A stretch of 64,000 nucleotides of DNA, taken from positions 62,001 through 126,000 of the forward strand of contig NIVC01001257.1 of the NCBI GenBank assembly GCA_002269645.1. The letters run 5' to 3'. Below are positions 12,005-23,825 of this stretch, piece by piece. Numbering within the stretch: the first letter of the stretch is position 1; each line of letters starts with the position of its first letter. The notes below the pieces were generated by a model. That model was not told the origin of the DNA and ran no database searches. It saw only the letters and a program-made list of their open reading frames with translations. The position numbers were made by a program, and so were the translations under genes. The DNA is from Macrostomum lignano (taxonomy: Eukaryota).

Positions 12005-13650
12005 CAAGACAGCAAGCATCCCCCAGTAGCAAGCATCCCCTAATACTCCTACCAAGCATCCACCCAGATAGCAAGCATCTGCAGATAGCAAGCATCTGCA
12101 GATAGCAAGCATCTTGCAGATAGCAAGCATCTTGCAGATAGCAAGCATACCCCAAATAATGTAGAAGCATCCTTCCAGATAGCAAGCATCCTGCACATAG
12201 CAAGAATCCCTAAATAGCAAGCATCCCTGGATAGAAATAATCCTATACATGTAGCCAAGCTTATCAAGCGCAGTAATCCTTGGCTATCGAGTGCAGTAAT
12301 CCTTGGTTTATTAATAGCAATAATCCATGGCTTATCGAGTGCAGTAATTCTTGGTTTGCCAAGTGCAGTAAGTAATCCTTGGTTTATTAATAGCAATAAT
12401 CCATGGCTTATGAGTGCAGTAATCCTTGGTTTATTAATAGCAATATTCCTTGGCTTATCGAGTGCAGTAATTCATGGTTTATTAATAGCAATAATCCTTG
12501 GCTTATCGAGTGCAGTAATCCTTGGTTTATTAATAGCAATAATCCTTGGCTTATCGAGTGCAGTAATCCTTGGTTTATTAATAGCAATAATCCTTGGTTT
12601 ATTAATAGCAATAATCCATGCCTTATCGAGTGCAGTAATCCTTGGTTTATTAATAGCAATAATCCTTGGCTTATCGAGTGCAGTAATCCTTGGTTTATTA
12701 ATAGCAATAATCCTTGGCTTATCGAGTGCAGTAATCCTTGGTTTATTAATAGCAATAATCCTTGATTAATCAAGTGCAGTAATCCTTGGTTTGCCAAGAG
12801 CAATAGTCCTTGGTTTATTGAGTGCAGTAATCCTTGGTTTATTAATAGCAATAATCCTTGGCTTATCGAGTGCAGTAATCCTTGGTTTGCCAAGTGCATA
12901 ATCCTTGGTTTATTAATAGCAATAATCCTTGGTTTATCGAGTGCAGTAATCCTTGGTTTATTAATAGCAATAATCCTTGGCTTATCGAGTGCAGTAATCC
13001 TTGGTTTATTAATAGCAATAATCCATGGCTTATCGAGTGCAGTAATCCTTGGTTTGCCAAGAGCAATAGTCCTTGGCTTATCGAGTGCAGTAATCCTTGG
13101 TTTGCCAAGAGCAATAGTCCTTGGTTTATTGAGTGCAGTAATCCTTGGTTTATTAATAGCAATAGTCCTTGGTTTATTGAGTGCAGTAATCCTTGGTTTA
13201 TTAATAGCAATAATCCTTGGCTTATCGAGTGCAGTAATCCTTGGTTTGCCAAGTGCATAATCCTTGGTTTATTAATAGCAATAATCCTTGGTTTATTGAG
13301 TGCAGTAATCCTTGGTTTATTAATAGCAATAATCCTTGGCTTATCGAGTGCAGTAATCCTTGGTTTATTAATAGCAATAATCCATGGCTTATCGAGTGCA
13401 GTAATCCTTGGTTTGCCAAGAGCAATAGTCCTTGGCTTATCGAGTGCAGTAATCCTTGGTTTGCCAAGAGCAATAGTCCTTGGTTTATTGAGTGCAGTAA
13501 TCCTTGGTTTATTAATAGCAATAGTCCTTGGTTTATTGAGTGCAGTAATCCTTGGTTTATTAATAGCAATAATCCTTGGCTTATCGAGTGCAGTATTCCT
13601 TGGTTTGCCAAGAGCAATAATCCTTAGCTTATCGAGTGCAGTAATCTAAG
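12005..13650. repeat. Compound array: ~19-20-bp tagcaagcatc repeat (12005-12250) then 47-bp satellite (23/24-bp subunits) with a 359-bp higher-order duplication
   Basis: Unit agtgcagtaatccttggtttattaatagcaataatccttggcttatcg. ORFs 12863-13258 and 13222-13617 give near-identical translations offset by 359 bp. Confidence 0.93.
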
Positions 13651-13714
13651 TGTTTTTATTTAGTCCTTTAATAAAAGCTTTTAATAAAAAATTTTACACT
13701 ACTACTTTTAAACT

Positions 13715-13785
13715 ACTTAGATTTGAACCCAGGTCGCTGCATTAGCAGTCTGGTCTGCTCAGCTCTAGGCTAGCTCTCATCAAAG
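13715..13785 (-). mobile_element. tRNA-derived (Ser-like) SINE-type head, copy 2
   Basis: Reverse complement: gctagcctagagctgagcagaccaGACTGCTAATgcagcgacctGGGTTCAAATC. GACTGCTAAT matches the tRNA-Ser(GCT) anticodon arm, and a B box is present. It is not a complete cloverleaf. Confidence 0.5.
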
Positions 13786-14199
13786 TTATCAGTGAATTTG
13801 TACCACTTATATAATTCAACACTCACACCAAGTCAGGTAGAGTAAAAAGTCACACGAAGCAGTTATGACATAATCAATTTCTTAGGCAAGTCAGTACCAG
13901 TGTCTATGAAAGCTAACAATATGGTTACGTAATATAAATTCAGTACTGCACTATACTTTCACACTCAAAGCTGTGACGCAATTCAATTGAGTGTCAAATT
14001 CAGCCAGTACACAGACGATAAATAAAGTGTATTGTGATGCAATCTATTTCAGAATCAGAATTCAACCAGTCAGTTTTTTCTCTAGCATTTTTACAGTGCG
14101 TTTCAAGTCGAAATAGCTGCTTGACCTTTGCAAAAAAGCATGTTTTTCGAATATTTAATCCCTTTAGCATCGAGCAATTTCTTAGCCACGATGCATGTA

Positions 14200-14325
14200 C
14201 CGTCACGGAAAAATTTCTGATCGAATGGTGCAAGTTTGAACAAAATCGGTTGAGCCATTTTTGCTAAAATCGATCATACACACATATACCGACAGACCAT
14301 TTTTAGTATATGGAGATATAGATCG
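14200..14325 (-). mobile_element. Possible 5' end of a non-autonomous Helitron-like (Lep1/HINE-type) element
   Basis: Reverse complement starts atctatatctccatatactaaaaatggtctgtcgg...caaccgattttgttcaaactt, the usual layout of such ends. A similar end in the opposite orientation at 15560-15665 contains (GTCT)n. Resemblance only. Confidence 0.3.
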
Positions 14326-16739
14326 ATTGGATAGATTTGACAAAAGGTACATTGAAATAAAGTTTCACAATTTTTGAGAGAATTTTATGACTGACTGTTA
14401 TAAAAATAACATTGTTTTGTATTTTTAATTTTTCCAAGAAACAGTACATTTTACATAAAAGTGTGATTTTAACTGCATTCTACATATAAAAAAGGCTATA
14501 TGTCTAATTTTCTTTTCTTAAGTTTTAAATTCCATCAAAAATTGTTTTTTTCTTTGTTTCACTTTTTTTTCAAATGGGCAATATCAAAAGCCACAATCTG
14601 GCCATGGATTTTCCAATACAGAATTTATCAAAGAATACAATAGAATGAGTGCCATTTTCATAACAAGCTGCGCTTTTCTATGCCTAGAGCCTAAAGTACC
14701 AACTACATGTACAAGTGAATAACAGTTTTAAGACATTTGCATCATTTTGAATGGCAAACAAACAGAATACATGTCTATTTTTTTAATTATACTATACTTA
14801 ATTACAAAGTACTTAGAGTATACCAGTTATCAAATAAGCATGTTTCAACATTTAGTACTATAGACAGGTTAAAACAATTATTTGATAGGCAAGTATACAG
14901 TATACAGTGTATAAAGTAGGCCTACGCTATACAATGTAAGAATACAAATGAAAAATATGAAAATAACATGTAATTTAATAAGCAATTCTTGAAACTAGAG
15001 AAAAAATGCAAAAGAATAAGGTATCACACATAAAAAATTGGATAGGAATTAAAGTTATAATTATAAAAAAAAACTTTTTAAAAACATAATTATCTGCAAA
15101 AATGATCATAGTCTCTTATGGGAAAAATACATTACAAGCCAAAAAAGTTAAATGACAAAATTTTGCATAGCCCAACTTTTTTATTTTTATCGAAATTTTA
15201 AAAGTGAGGTATCTTTTTACTCATACAAGCAAGATCTATCATACTAGGCCTACATAATGAAAAAATTATAAATTAAGAAGTTTCAAAATCTTATTGGAGC
15301 CCCTAAGCTTATTTTCTACACTCTGTTCTTTCTCTCTTTTCTATTTCTTTTATCTCTATTATTCTATATTTTAGGACTTTAAAAATAGAAATAATCAAAT
15401 TTAAGCAAAAAAATTGTTGAACATTTCTATAGGCCTATAATTAGTAAAAAGTTAGGATACAAAAAGTTTTTACTTTTTACTAGACAAATAAGATAAGATT
15501 TATTATATTAAATAGAATAAAATTAATGAATAGGGCCTAACAGAATAGGGCCTATGCTTCTCCTAATACTAAAGTTGGTGCGATGTTTGTCTGTCTGTCT
15601 GTCTGTCTGTATGTAGCAAGTGAACTCCTACAATTCTGCCAAGTCAGCGTTGAAACTTATATGGGAAAACTGCAAATTTTCCGGAGCAGTCTTTAGGCTA
15701 TTTTAATTTTTAATTTTCCAATTTTAACATCCCTAAAAAAGCAGAAAACTGCTTTTTTAACCTTCTTAGGTCACTTTGACTGGGGCTGCAGCCAGTTTGT
15801 AAAAATAGCCACCCCAACCTCCGCCTGCGAGCCGCTGTGTATTGAGGGGTGGTGGGTGCGCATGTTCTGGGTTCAATGCAAATAAAACCCCCTGCTTGTT
15901 GGGGGGTTGAGTTAAATTTAATGCTTCCCCCAGAATGGGGGTTGGGCTTGGGCTGAGTGTACATAGCAGTTGTACAGTGTAAAGATTCATTTGGTTTTAT
16001 TATTGGCACCTTTTTTCTATAGGCAGCCCTGTGTATTAGTTTGGCAGTGAAATTCAATGAATTGCAAGCTTCTCTAGCAAGCAGTCGGGAAATCGGTAAA
16101 TTTCAAACGCTAACTGTTCCTTGAGTTTTAAACTTTGAGAGGAGAGACTTATATTGCTGGAAAGATCTTGCAACGCTAGTTTAGGGATTTAAGTTGTTTG
16201 CTTTATATATGAAAAGAAAAAGCACAGCATTTGAAAAACTATTTCCATACTTTTAACTTTTTGCAAAAATTGTACTCAGTTTTGCAAGATGTAATAGATA
16301 AAGTTGGGGGGGAGGGTTCAACTTCTCACTGCTGCTGTGTATTGGAAGGTTGATTTAGATTGCACAATGTTTTTGTTAACTTTAACTGCGACTGATACTG
16401 ACTGACTGTGAAATCGGTTGCGCAATGAATTGATTCAATTAGTTCAATATTTTTATCAGTGCCTTTTAACACAAAGCTGTGCATAGTTCTAACCCTAACC
16501 CTAACCCTAACCAATGAATCTGGAGAGTTGAGTTGTTTGATTGACGGAAAAAATTCGATTGAGTCCAGTTTAGCGAAGATGATTTCAATGTTTTAATTTT
16601 GATGGAGAGGATTTCTGTTTCGTGGAGAGGATTTTGATGGTGTTCAGTTTTACGGAGAGGATTTCAATGATGTTTAGCTTCACGGAGAGGATTTCTGTTT
16701 CGCAGAGAGGATCTTGATTGATTTGGCATCTTTAATCAG

Positions 16740-17525
16740 TAAGAGAAGATAATAAAGAGATGAATGAAAAGAGAAGAGAGATGAGATGATAAAAAACAGA
16801 ATAGAAATGAGTGGAGAGATTAGATATGACAGATGAGAGAGAAGAGGGGAGTAAGGCGGGCACAAAGGAGAGAGAAGAGAAGAGGAAAGAGGAGATGAGA
16901 GGGGAGATATGAGATAGCAGAGGGAGACAAGAGAGATAATAGGATAGAGAATAGATGAGGGATAAGAGCGTACAGAGGAAATAGAAGAGAGGGGAGAGTA
17001 GAGGAGAAAGAAAGAGTGGGATGAGGGATGAGAGATGAGAGGAGGGGAGAGAGAAGAGAAGAGAAAATAGGGGAGAAAGGAGACAAGAGAGAGTACAGAC
17101 GAAAGACCAGGGAGAAGATATAAATAAGGTAGTAGAGATGAGAGGAGAGAGAGGAGAGAGGAGAGAGATGAAAGATCAGAGATAAGAGAAGAGAGTTAAG
17201 AGAGGAAAGTAGTGAAGAGAGGAGAGAGGAGCGATGCGATAAGAAGAGATGAGTGAGAACATAAGAGAGGTATATGAGATATGAGAAATGAGAGCAGAGA
17301 GAAGAAAAAAGAGAAGAGAGAGAGAGAGGATTAAGACAGACAATAGATAAGTGAGTAGAGATGACATATGAGAGAGGAGAGAAGAGGGAGAGATAAGAGA
17401 GAAGAGACGGGACAAGAGACAGTAGAGGGTACAGACGAAAGACGAGGGAGAAGAGATAAATAAGGGAGTAGGGGTAGAGATGAGATGAGAGAGAGGAGAG
17501 AGAAGAGAGTCAAGAAAGGGAGAAA
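16740..17525. repeat. GA-rich low-complexity (polypurine) tract with internal imperfect duplication
   Basis: About 780 bp almost all G/A. agtacagacgaaagac(c/g)aggga appears at ~17090 and ~17430. Confidence 0.85.
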
Positions 17526-19315
17526 AGTTTTGTAAAGGTCTTTGAAAAGGTCTTTGAAAAGTTTTGTAAAGAATTTGGAGACAATTTGGAAGATAGGGTT
17601 CAAGACATGGAATTTCAGTTGATGGATATTTCAGGAAATGGAATTCCAGTGATGGGAGATCTTCCCCTTTCTCCTCCGAAGGAGGAGTTCCACTCGTAAT
17701 ATAATAAATCTTTACTACTAGGCCTAATCATTGTGTAGGGCCTATAAATAGCTGATTAAATCTCTTAACTTCTTATAAATTTAAATGATAATAGGCCTAT
17801 TTGTAATGACAATAAGTCTAGTTTTTTCATCTTTTGCTACAATAATAATAATAAAAGTGAAAGCAATAGTTAGGCTTAACACTTTAACCAACATATTTTT
17901 AAAGAAAGAGAGAAGCCTGGGGGCCTAGCTTGATTTATATACAAAATACTAAATAGGCCTAGACAAAGTTATATATTACTAGGCCTACAATTTCAATGTT
18001 GGAGAAAACAGACATGATATAAGCTTAGGAAATGCAACAATTATAATATTGGGATAAAAAGACGATGTACATATGTACATATAAAAGCATATGTACATAT
18101 GGTAATGGGCTACCACATTGGCTTATTTTGAAATCTGAGTAAACATGTGAATTCAACACAATGGATGACAAATGACAAATCACCCTCCTTATATGTTGCC
18201 GAACTAAATGTTGCTAAATTGAATTGAGAAAAAAATGAAAATCCAGCAATAACTGAAGAGCATGAACAGTTTTATGTGTGATAAAAAGACTGCAATCATA
18301 ATAGGCCTAGGTAGAATAAAATAAATAATAGGCTAGGTAACACTACAAACACTAGGCCCCTACAACACGACAAAGTCTATACGATGCAAGGTGCAAGTTC
18401 ATCAAGAGGAACTAGCGCTAGAATCTTATCTCACTTTCGGTTTGGCGCTAACAGTATTGTCAAGTTTTGTGCCGCTTGCGCTTGGTTTGTATTTATAAAG
18501 TCTACTGTTGAAGTCTTGAAGTCGAAGTGAAAAAGTATCTGAAAACACTGGAAACACATATTATTGGTTATATAAACAAAGCAATACATTACTGACTGCT
18601 AGTTTTTGTATGGCATTTTTTAGTGACAACATGAAAAATTCAATACATTTACTTTGTTTTTTTACCGCTTTTTAAATACATTTAGTTTTCTTTGATTTTA
18701 TCCGTCTAAACTAAAGTCTGAATCTAGTAGTCTAGAATCATTTTTAGCGTCTACATATAGTCCTATATATTTAATAAATAGCTAGACCTAGGCCCCTAGT
18801 AGTAAATAGTTTCTAGTCAATTTGGCAACAAGCTAATTTGGCAACAACTGATTTGTTGACAAGTAAGTTTGGCAACTGCCAATTTGGCAAATGCTAGGCA
18901 AGTTTTTTAGGCCCTATTTAAAATAAAATAATTAATTTAATTTAATTTTTTAATAAAAGTAATTCGCTAAATCTTATAGTGAAACTGCAATTATAGGCCT
19001 ATATGTAGCTATATCAGTAAGTATTCAAATTTACAGATTTTTACAAATTTTATATTATAAAAAGTTTGCCACAGTTCATCCAGTGTTCATGCTCTTCAGT
19101 TATTGCTGGATTTTCATTTTTTCTTAAGTCGCTTAATTACGTGTTTAGTAAGGCTATATAATGTTTAACTCATGACAAAGTGTGGACGATATATATAGAA
19201 AAAAAATATTTTTTCAGTAGTTAAAAATATAATTATAGCCACACTTTAAGATTTAGTGTTACTCTTAAAATTTTAATTTAATTTAGTTTTAAAAAAATCA
19301 ATTTAAAAAAAACTA

Positions 19316-19382
19316 ACCACTTAGGATTCGAACCTTTTCACGTAATCACAAGGCAATTAACTTATCCACTAAGCCACCATTT
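19316..19382 (-). other. tRNA-like Pol III promoter remnant (tRNA pseudogene or SINE head)
   Basis: Reverse complement ggTGGCTTAGTGGataag...gaaaaGGTTCGAATCCtaa has an A box and a B box at tRNA-like spacing. The stems are poor. Confidence 0.45.
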
Positions 19383-19388
19383 GCTTAT

Positions 19389-19479
19389 AAGAGAGCCTTA
19401 CAGAACACGTTCTTTATATCAATGTTTATATTCATGGCAGCCATGTTTATGAGCTCCAATTTTATAGACACGGCCACCT
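19389..19479 (+). repeat. 91-bp direct repeat, left copy (putative LINE target-site duplication; right copy 26860-26950)
   Basis: aagagagccttacagaacac...atagacacggccacct occurs at both LINE ends with 3 mismatches. Confidence 0.85.
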
Positions 19480-22400
19480 TTGACTTACTTGACTTAGCTG
19501 CAGGGCTGTCCCGGTGGGGACACAGCGGGAAAGTGCAGGCGCCCATTCCGCTAGTCCCTGAACGGCCAACGCGTCGCTATGGACGGAGGGTTGGCGCTGC
19601 CTAGGGAGGTCCCCCAGTGTCGCCAGCAGCTATGGTGCTCTCTGGAAAGGAGAGTTCAGCCCTGCGGGTGGCCCGAAGGTAGCACATGAGCTGATTAAAG
19701 TTTTTGGGTTTGCACACTTCAGTAATAGATGTGTGAGAAAGTTGAGGCACAGATCGCTATGCGGGACAAGGTTCCGCTTAGCAGGTGCTCTCATATAAAT
19801 GAATTTGACGCCAGCATCAATTAGACGCCGCGTTGTTCTAGCCACCTCACCCCTGATGAAGAGGTCAAGAGGCGGAAGATTAAGGAAGGCCCCCATGTTA
19901 GCAAAGGGCATGGACCTGGTGGCGTTGCAGATGAGCCTACACACTCTGCCTTGGATCGTGTTGAGCAAGTCTGCATGGCTTTTGACCTGGGTAGCGCTAA
20001 CCCAGACAACAGAGGGTGTACGTAATGGCAGGTCTAATTACGGAAGTATAGATCCACCAAAGCCGCTTTGGGGATAGACCCCAAGAAGTGCTAAGTGCTC
20101 GTCAGAGCTGGGCCAGGATGGCTGAGGCACGCTTGGCTTTTGCTTTCACGTGGGAGGACCAGTTGAGCCGGTAGTCAAGTATAACCCCGAGACATCTGGT
20201 CTGGTGCGCGAAGGAAATATCTCTGCCGTAGAGCTGCAGAGGACGTATGTTCTAACGTAGTCTGCTGGTAAACATAATGGCAATGGTTTTGGGCTCAGAG
20301 AGTTCCAGACCATTGTCATTGGCCCAGGATTCTGCTTTGCGGATAAAGCTCTGCATCAGATCCCTAAGCATGCTGGGAGACGGTCCTGCTACAATGGCTG
20401 TGACGTCATCAGCATACCCGACTTTGAAGATGGGTCGGGTCGGGAGTCACTCAAAAGAGCATCCATGACCAGGTTCCAGAGCGTCGGGGTGAGGACTCCG
20501 CCTTGGGGTCCACCCTTACAGACTCTGGTGGAGGCAGTTTGCCCAAGAAGTTGGGCAGTGACCGTACGGTTGGAGATCATGTACATGATCCACCGTATGA
20601 GGGTAGCATGAGCTTTGCGATTTTGAAGGGCCCTCTGAAACGCTTCAAAGATAATGTTGTTGAAGGTGCCAACAATGTCAAAAAAGAGAGCCAGAGCGTA
20701 GCCGTCACCCAGTACTGCCCTTTCAATCTTCTTGACAATTGCATGCAGGGCGCTGTCAGTCTGACCTCCCGGCTGATTATTGCTGAGGGGCATTGCTGTC
20801 AGCTTGCAGGACAGCAGCTACCAGAGAATAAGCTTCTCAGTGAGCTTAAGCATTGCTGACGTTAAGCTAATAGGCCAGAAGGCCTTGACGCTTTGGTAGT
20901 CACCCTTCCCAGGTTTGGGAATAAAGACTACCCGAGCTTCAGTCCAGCATTTGGGAATGTATCCCAGCTGGATAGAGGCCTGATAAGATTGCGGGTGAGT
21001 CTCAGGAACAAGGGTATCTTGGCTGCTTCACAAAGGAGAACAGGGTAGATACCATCAGGTCCAGAAGATTTGAAGGGTTTGAAGGTTTTAACCACACGAG
21101 CGATTAGGTCTTCAGTGACAATGCCCGCCACTAGGGTGGCTCCATCCATCAAATGGTTGGGCTCCGGTCTAGCAGTACACTATAAATCAAAAGTGGCCAA
21201 AAAAGTGACCAAAGGGTGGCCAAAAGCAGGTAGCCCAATGGTGGCCCAAAAAGTTCAAAATAGGTCTACCGTACGGCCACTTAAGTGGCCACAAAAGTGG
21301 CCAAATGTAGATGGCTGAATGGTGGCCGAAACAATTCAGTGTGCGGTCTACTAATCGGCTACTTATGCTAAATGTATGCCATTGCAGCTGCAATAACCAA
21401 TTGTTTGAAATTAAGTGAAATTCTTGTCTTAAAAGACGCTCGTGATGCTAGTTATTTAAGCATAGCAAATCATATGCTCAGTTTTCTGTGCTCAATTTGT
21501 TACTTTGGTTGAAAGTCTAGTCGATTGCTACCTAATATTTATTCTGAAGCTTTTATTTAAAAAGTATTTTAAATTGCAACAATAATTAAAAAAACAAAAT
21601 TACAATTAGAATTTCAATGAAAGTTTATAATAATTACAAAAAATATATTATATAAAAGTGGCTGGGATGGCTGGGATAAAAAGATTTTACTTTAAAAATT
21701 TTCAAATTACAATTACGATTTAAAATTACAAACTTACAATTAGAATTTTAACTAAGGCTATAAACATTACAAAGAATAATACACGATATACATACAGAGG
21801 GTTTTTACTAAATTAATTAAAGATAAATATTGCAAGTAGTACTTGCACATATATTAGAAACATTTTTCCAGAACAATGAAACGGTTAATAGTATTGCGAG
21901 GGGGCGTTTCGAAAATAGTAATGAGAGTTTAGTATTACTTTTGAATGGATAACTTATCAACTAGAATTTTTTACCCAATACTTTGTCACATCATTAAGCA
22001 ATGTGCAGCTTCAGTTTCAACTCTGAGTCATCATGCGCCAGAGATTTCCAACATCAAAGTCAACACCTCGAGATACAAAAATACGGTTTTTGCAAAAGTT
22101 ATAGCAAAACTCTCGTTACTTTACTTTTGAAACTCATCGTTTAAGTCCGATAAACAATACTTCAGAAGTTCATAAGTTACACTTAAAAAGGCAGAATTTT
22201 AGAATGCCACGCACCGACTGGTTGGATCCCTTGTTTCTCTTTCGAAAGCCGAAGAGAATTTTGAGCAACTCGATTGCATTTTCAGTGCTCTTGTGATGGC
22301 GTAAATTTAAGGCAACAAAAATCATTACAAATGATTGAATGGCATACAAGCTTGAGTTTTTTGCGCAATTTATGGCGATCCCAGCCACTTTTACGCCCCA

Positions 22401-23009
22401 GAAGCCGTTTTCCTGGACGTAAAAGTGCACAAGCTTATTCGCGTCAAAAAAGACCCGCAAATTTTTTATCTGCGCCTTGATGCAGAGCAGCATGAAGCCA
22501 AACTTGACAACATCGTCTTCGCTCTCTGGCTTTAAGAACTCTTGGGCCCTTGCGCATCGTCTAAAAAGATCCGAGTTGCTACACAACCAGCTACAAATAC
22601 TGGATAGCTTCTTTCGCTGTAGCTCATCTTGCAGCAAAAAGTCGCATGGCATTGGACTGCTGTAATCGGAGTTGGGCGTTATCGCATAAAGACCAACTAC
22701 TCGAAGAGCTTCTTGCGCCAGAAGAGTTCCGTTACAAAGTAATGGATACTCCATTAACTGTTCGGCAATGCCCATTTTTTGGGCAGCTTTAATGCACTCA
22801 GAAAAACTCTTTTCCAGCAGATCTGCAGCATCCGCCAATGGAACTAGCAGACAACCATTGGATTCGACCACCATGGCCATTTTTTCCCAAAGACAGTTGC
22901 TGCCAAATTGAGCATGGCTTTCCGGTGCAATGCAGGATGCCAGGTCACTTGCCTTTTCTTCCTTATCTTCATCCAAGCAAGGACTTGCACTGTCCCGAGT
23001 CGAGCGTGG

Positions 23010-23425
23010 AGTGCCGCCGTCCCGAGTCAAGCGAGGAGTGCCGCCTTCCGGGGTGGAGCGTGGAGCGTCGAGCGTCGCCATCCCGAGTTGAGCGTGGAGT
23101 GGCGCCGTCCCGAGTTGAGCGTGGAGTGGCGCCGTCCCAAGTTGAGCGTGGAGTGGCGCCATCCCGAGTTGAGCGTGGAGTGGCGCCATCCCGAGTTGAG
23201 CGTGGAGTGGCGCCGTCCCGAGTTGAGCGTGGAGTGGCGCCGTCCCGAGTTGAGCGTGGAGTGGCGCCGTCCCGAGTCGAGCGTGGAGTGGCGCCGTCCC
23301 GAGTCGAGCGAGGAGTGCCGCCGTCCTGGGTGGAGCATGGAGCGTCGCCGTCCCAAGTTGAGCGTGGAGTGGCGCCGTCTTGGGTCGAGCGTGGAGTGGC
23401 GCCGTCTTGGGTCGAGCGTGGAGCA
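23010..23425. repeat. 27-bp GC-rich minisatellite within the CACTA ORF2 region
   Basis: Unit ggcgccgtcccgagttgagcgtggagt (DGATPRSTR on the - strand). An extra 7 bp near 23070 shifts the frame. Confidence 0.9.
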
Positions 23426-23589
23426 GCAGCAGCTCTTCTGCGGATTAGTGAGAAACAATTATTTTTTTACTGTTATAGGTTAGCTTTGAGTTAAACAGTC
23501 AGATTGCAAGGCAATAATATATATTTTACCTGCTGCCCTTGTCCTGATGAGAATTGGTTGTACACGGATTGTCGTAGGAGGTGGGATTG

Positions 23590-23825
23590 TTGGCATCTTC
23601 ATCCTCCTCCTCAATCTCTTCATCCTCCTCCTCGATCTCTTCATCCTCCTCCTCCTCGATCTCTTCATCCTCCTCCTCCTCCTCCTCCTCGATCTCTTCA
23701 TCCTCCTCCTCCTCCTCCTCGATCTCTTCATCCTCCTCCTCCTCCTCCTTGATCTCTTCATCCTCCTCCTCCTCAATCTCTTCATCCTCCTCCTCCTCCT
23801 CCTTGATCTCTTCATCGTCATCCTG
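23590..23825. repeat. (TCC)n-based compound repeat encoding a poly-E/D tract on the - strand
   Basis: atctcttcatcctcctcc... units give EEIEEEEDEE in ORF 23526-23927. Confidence 0.85.
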
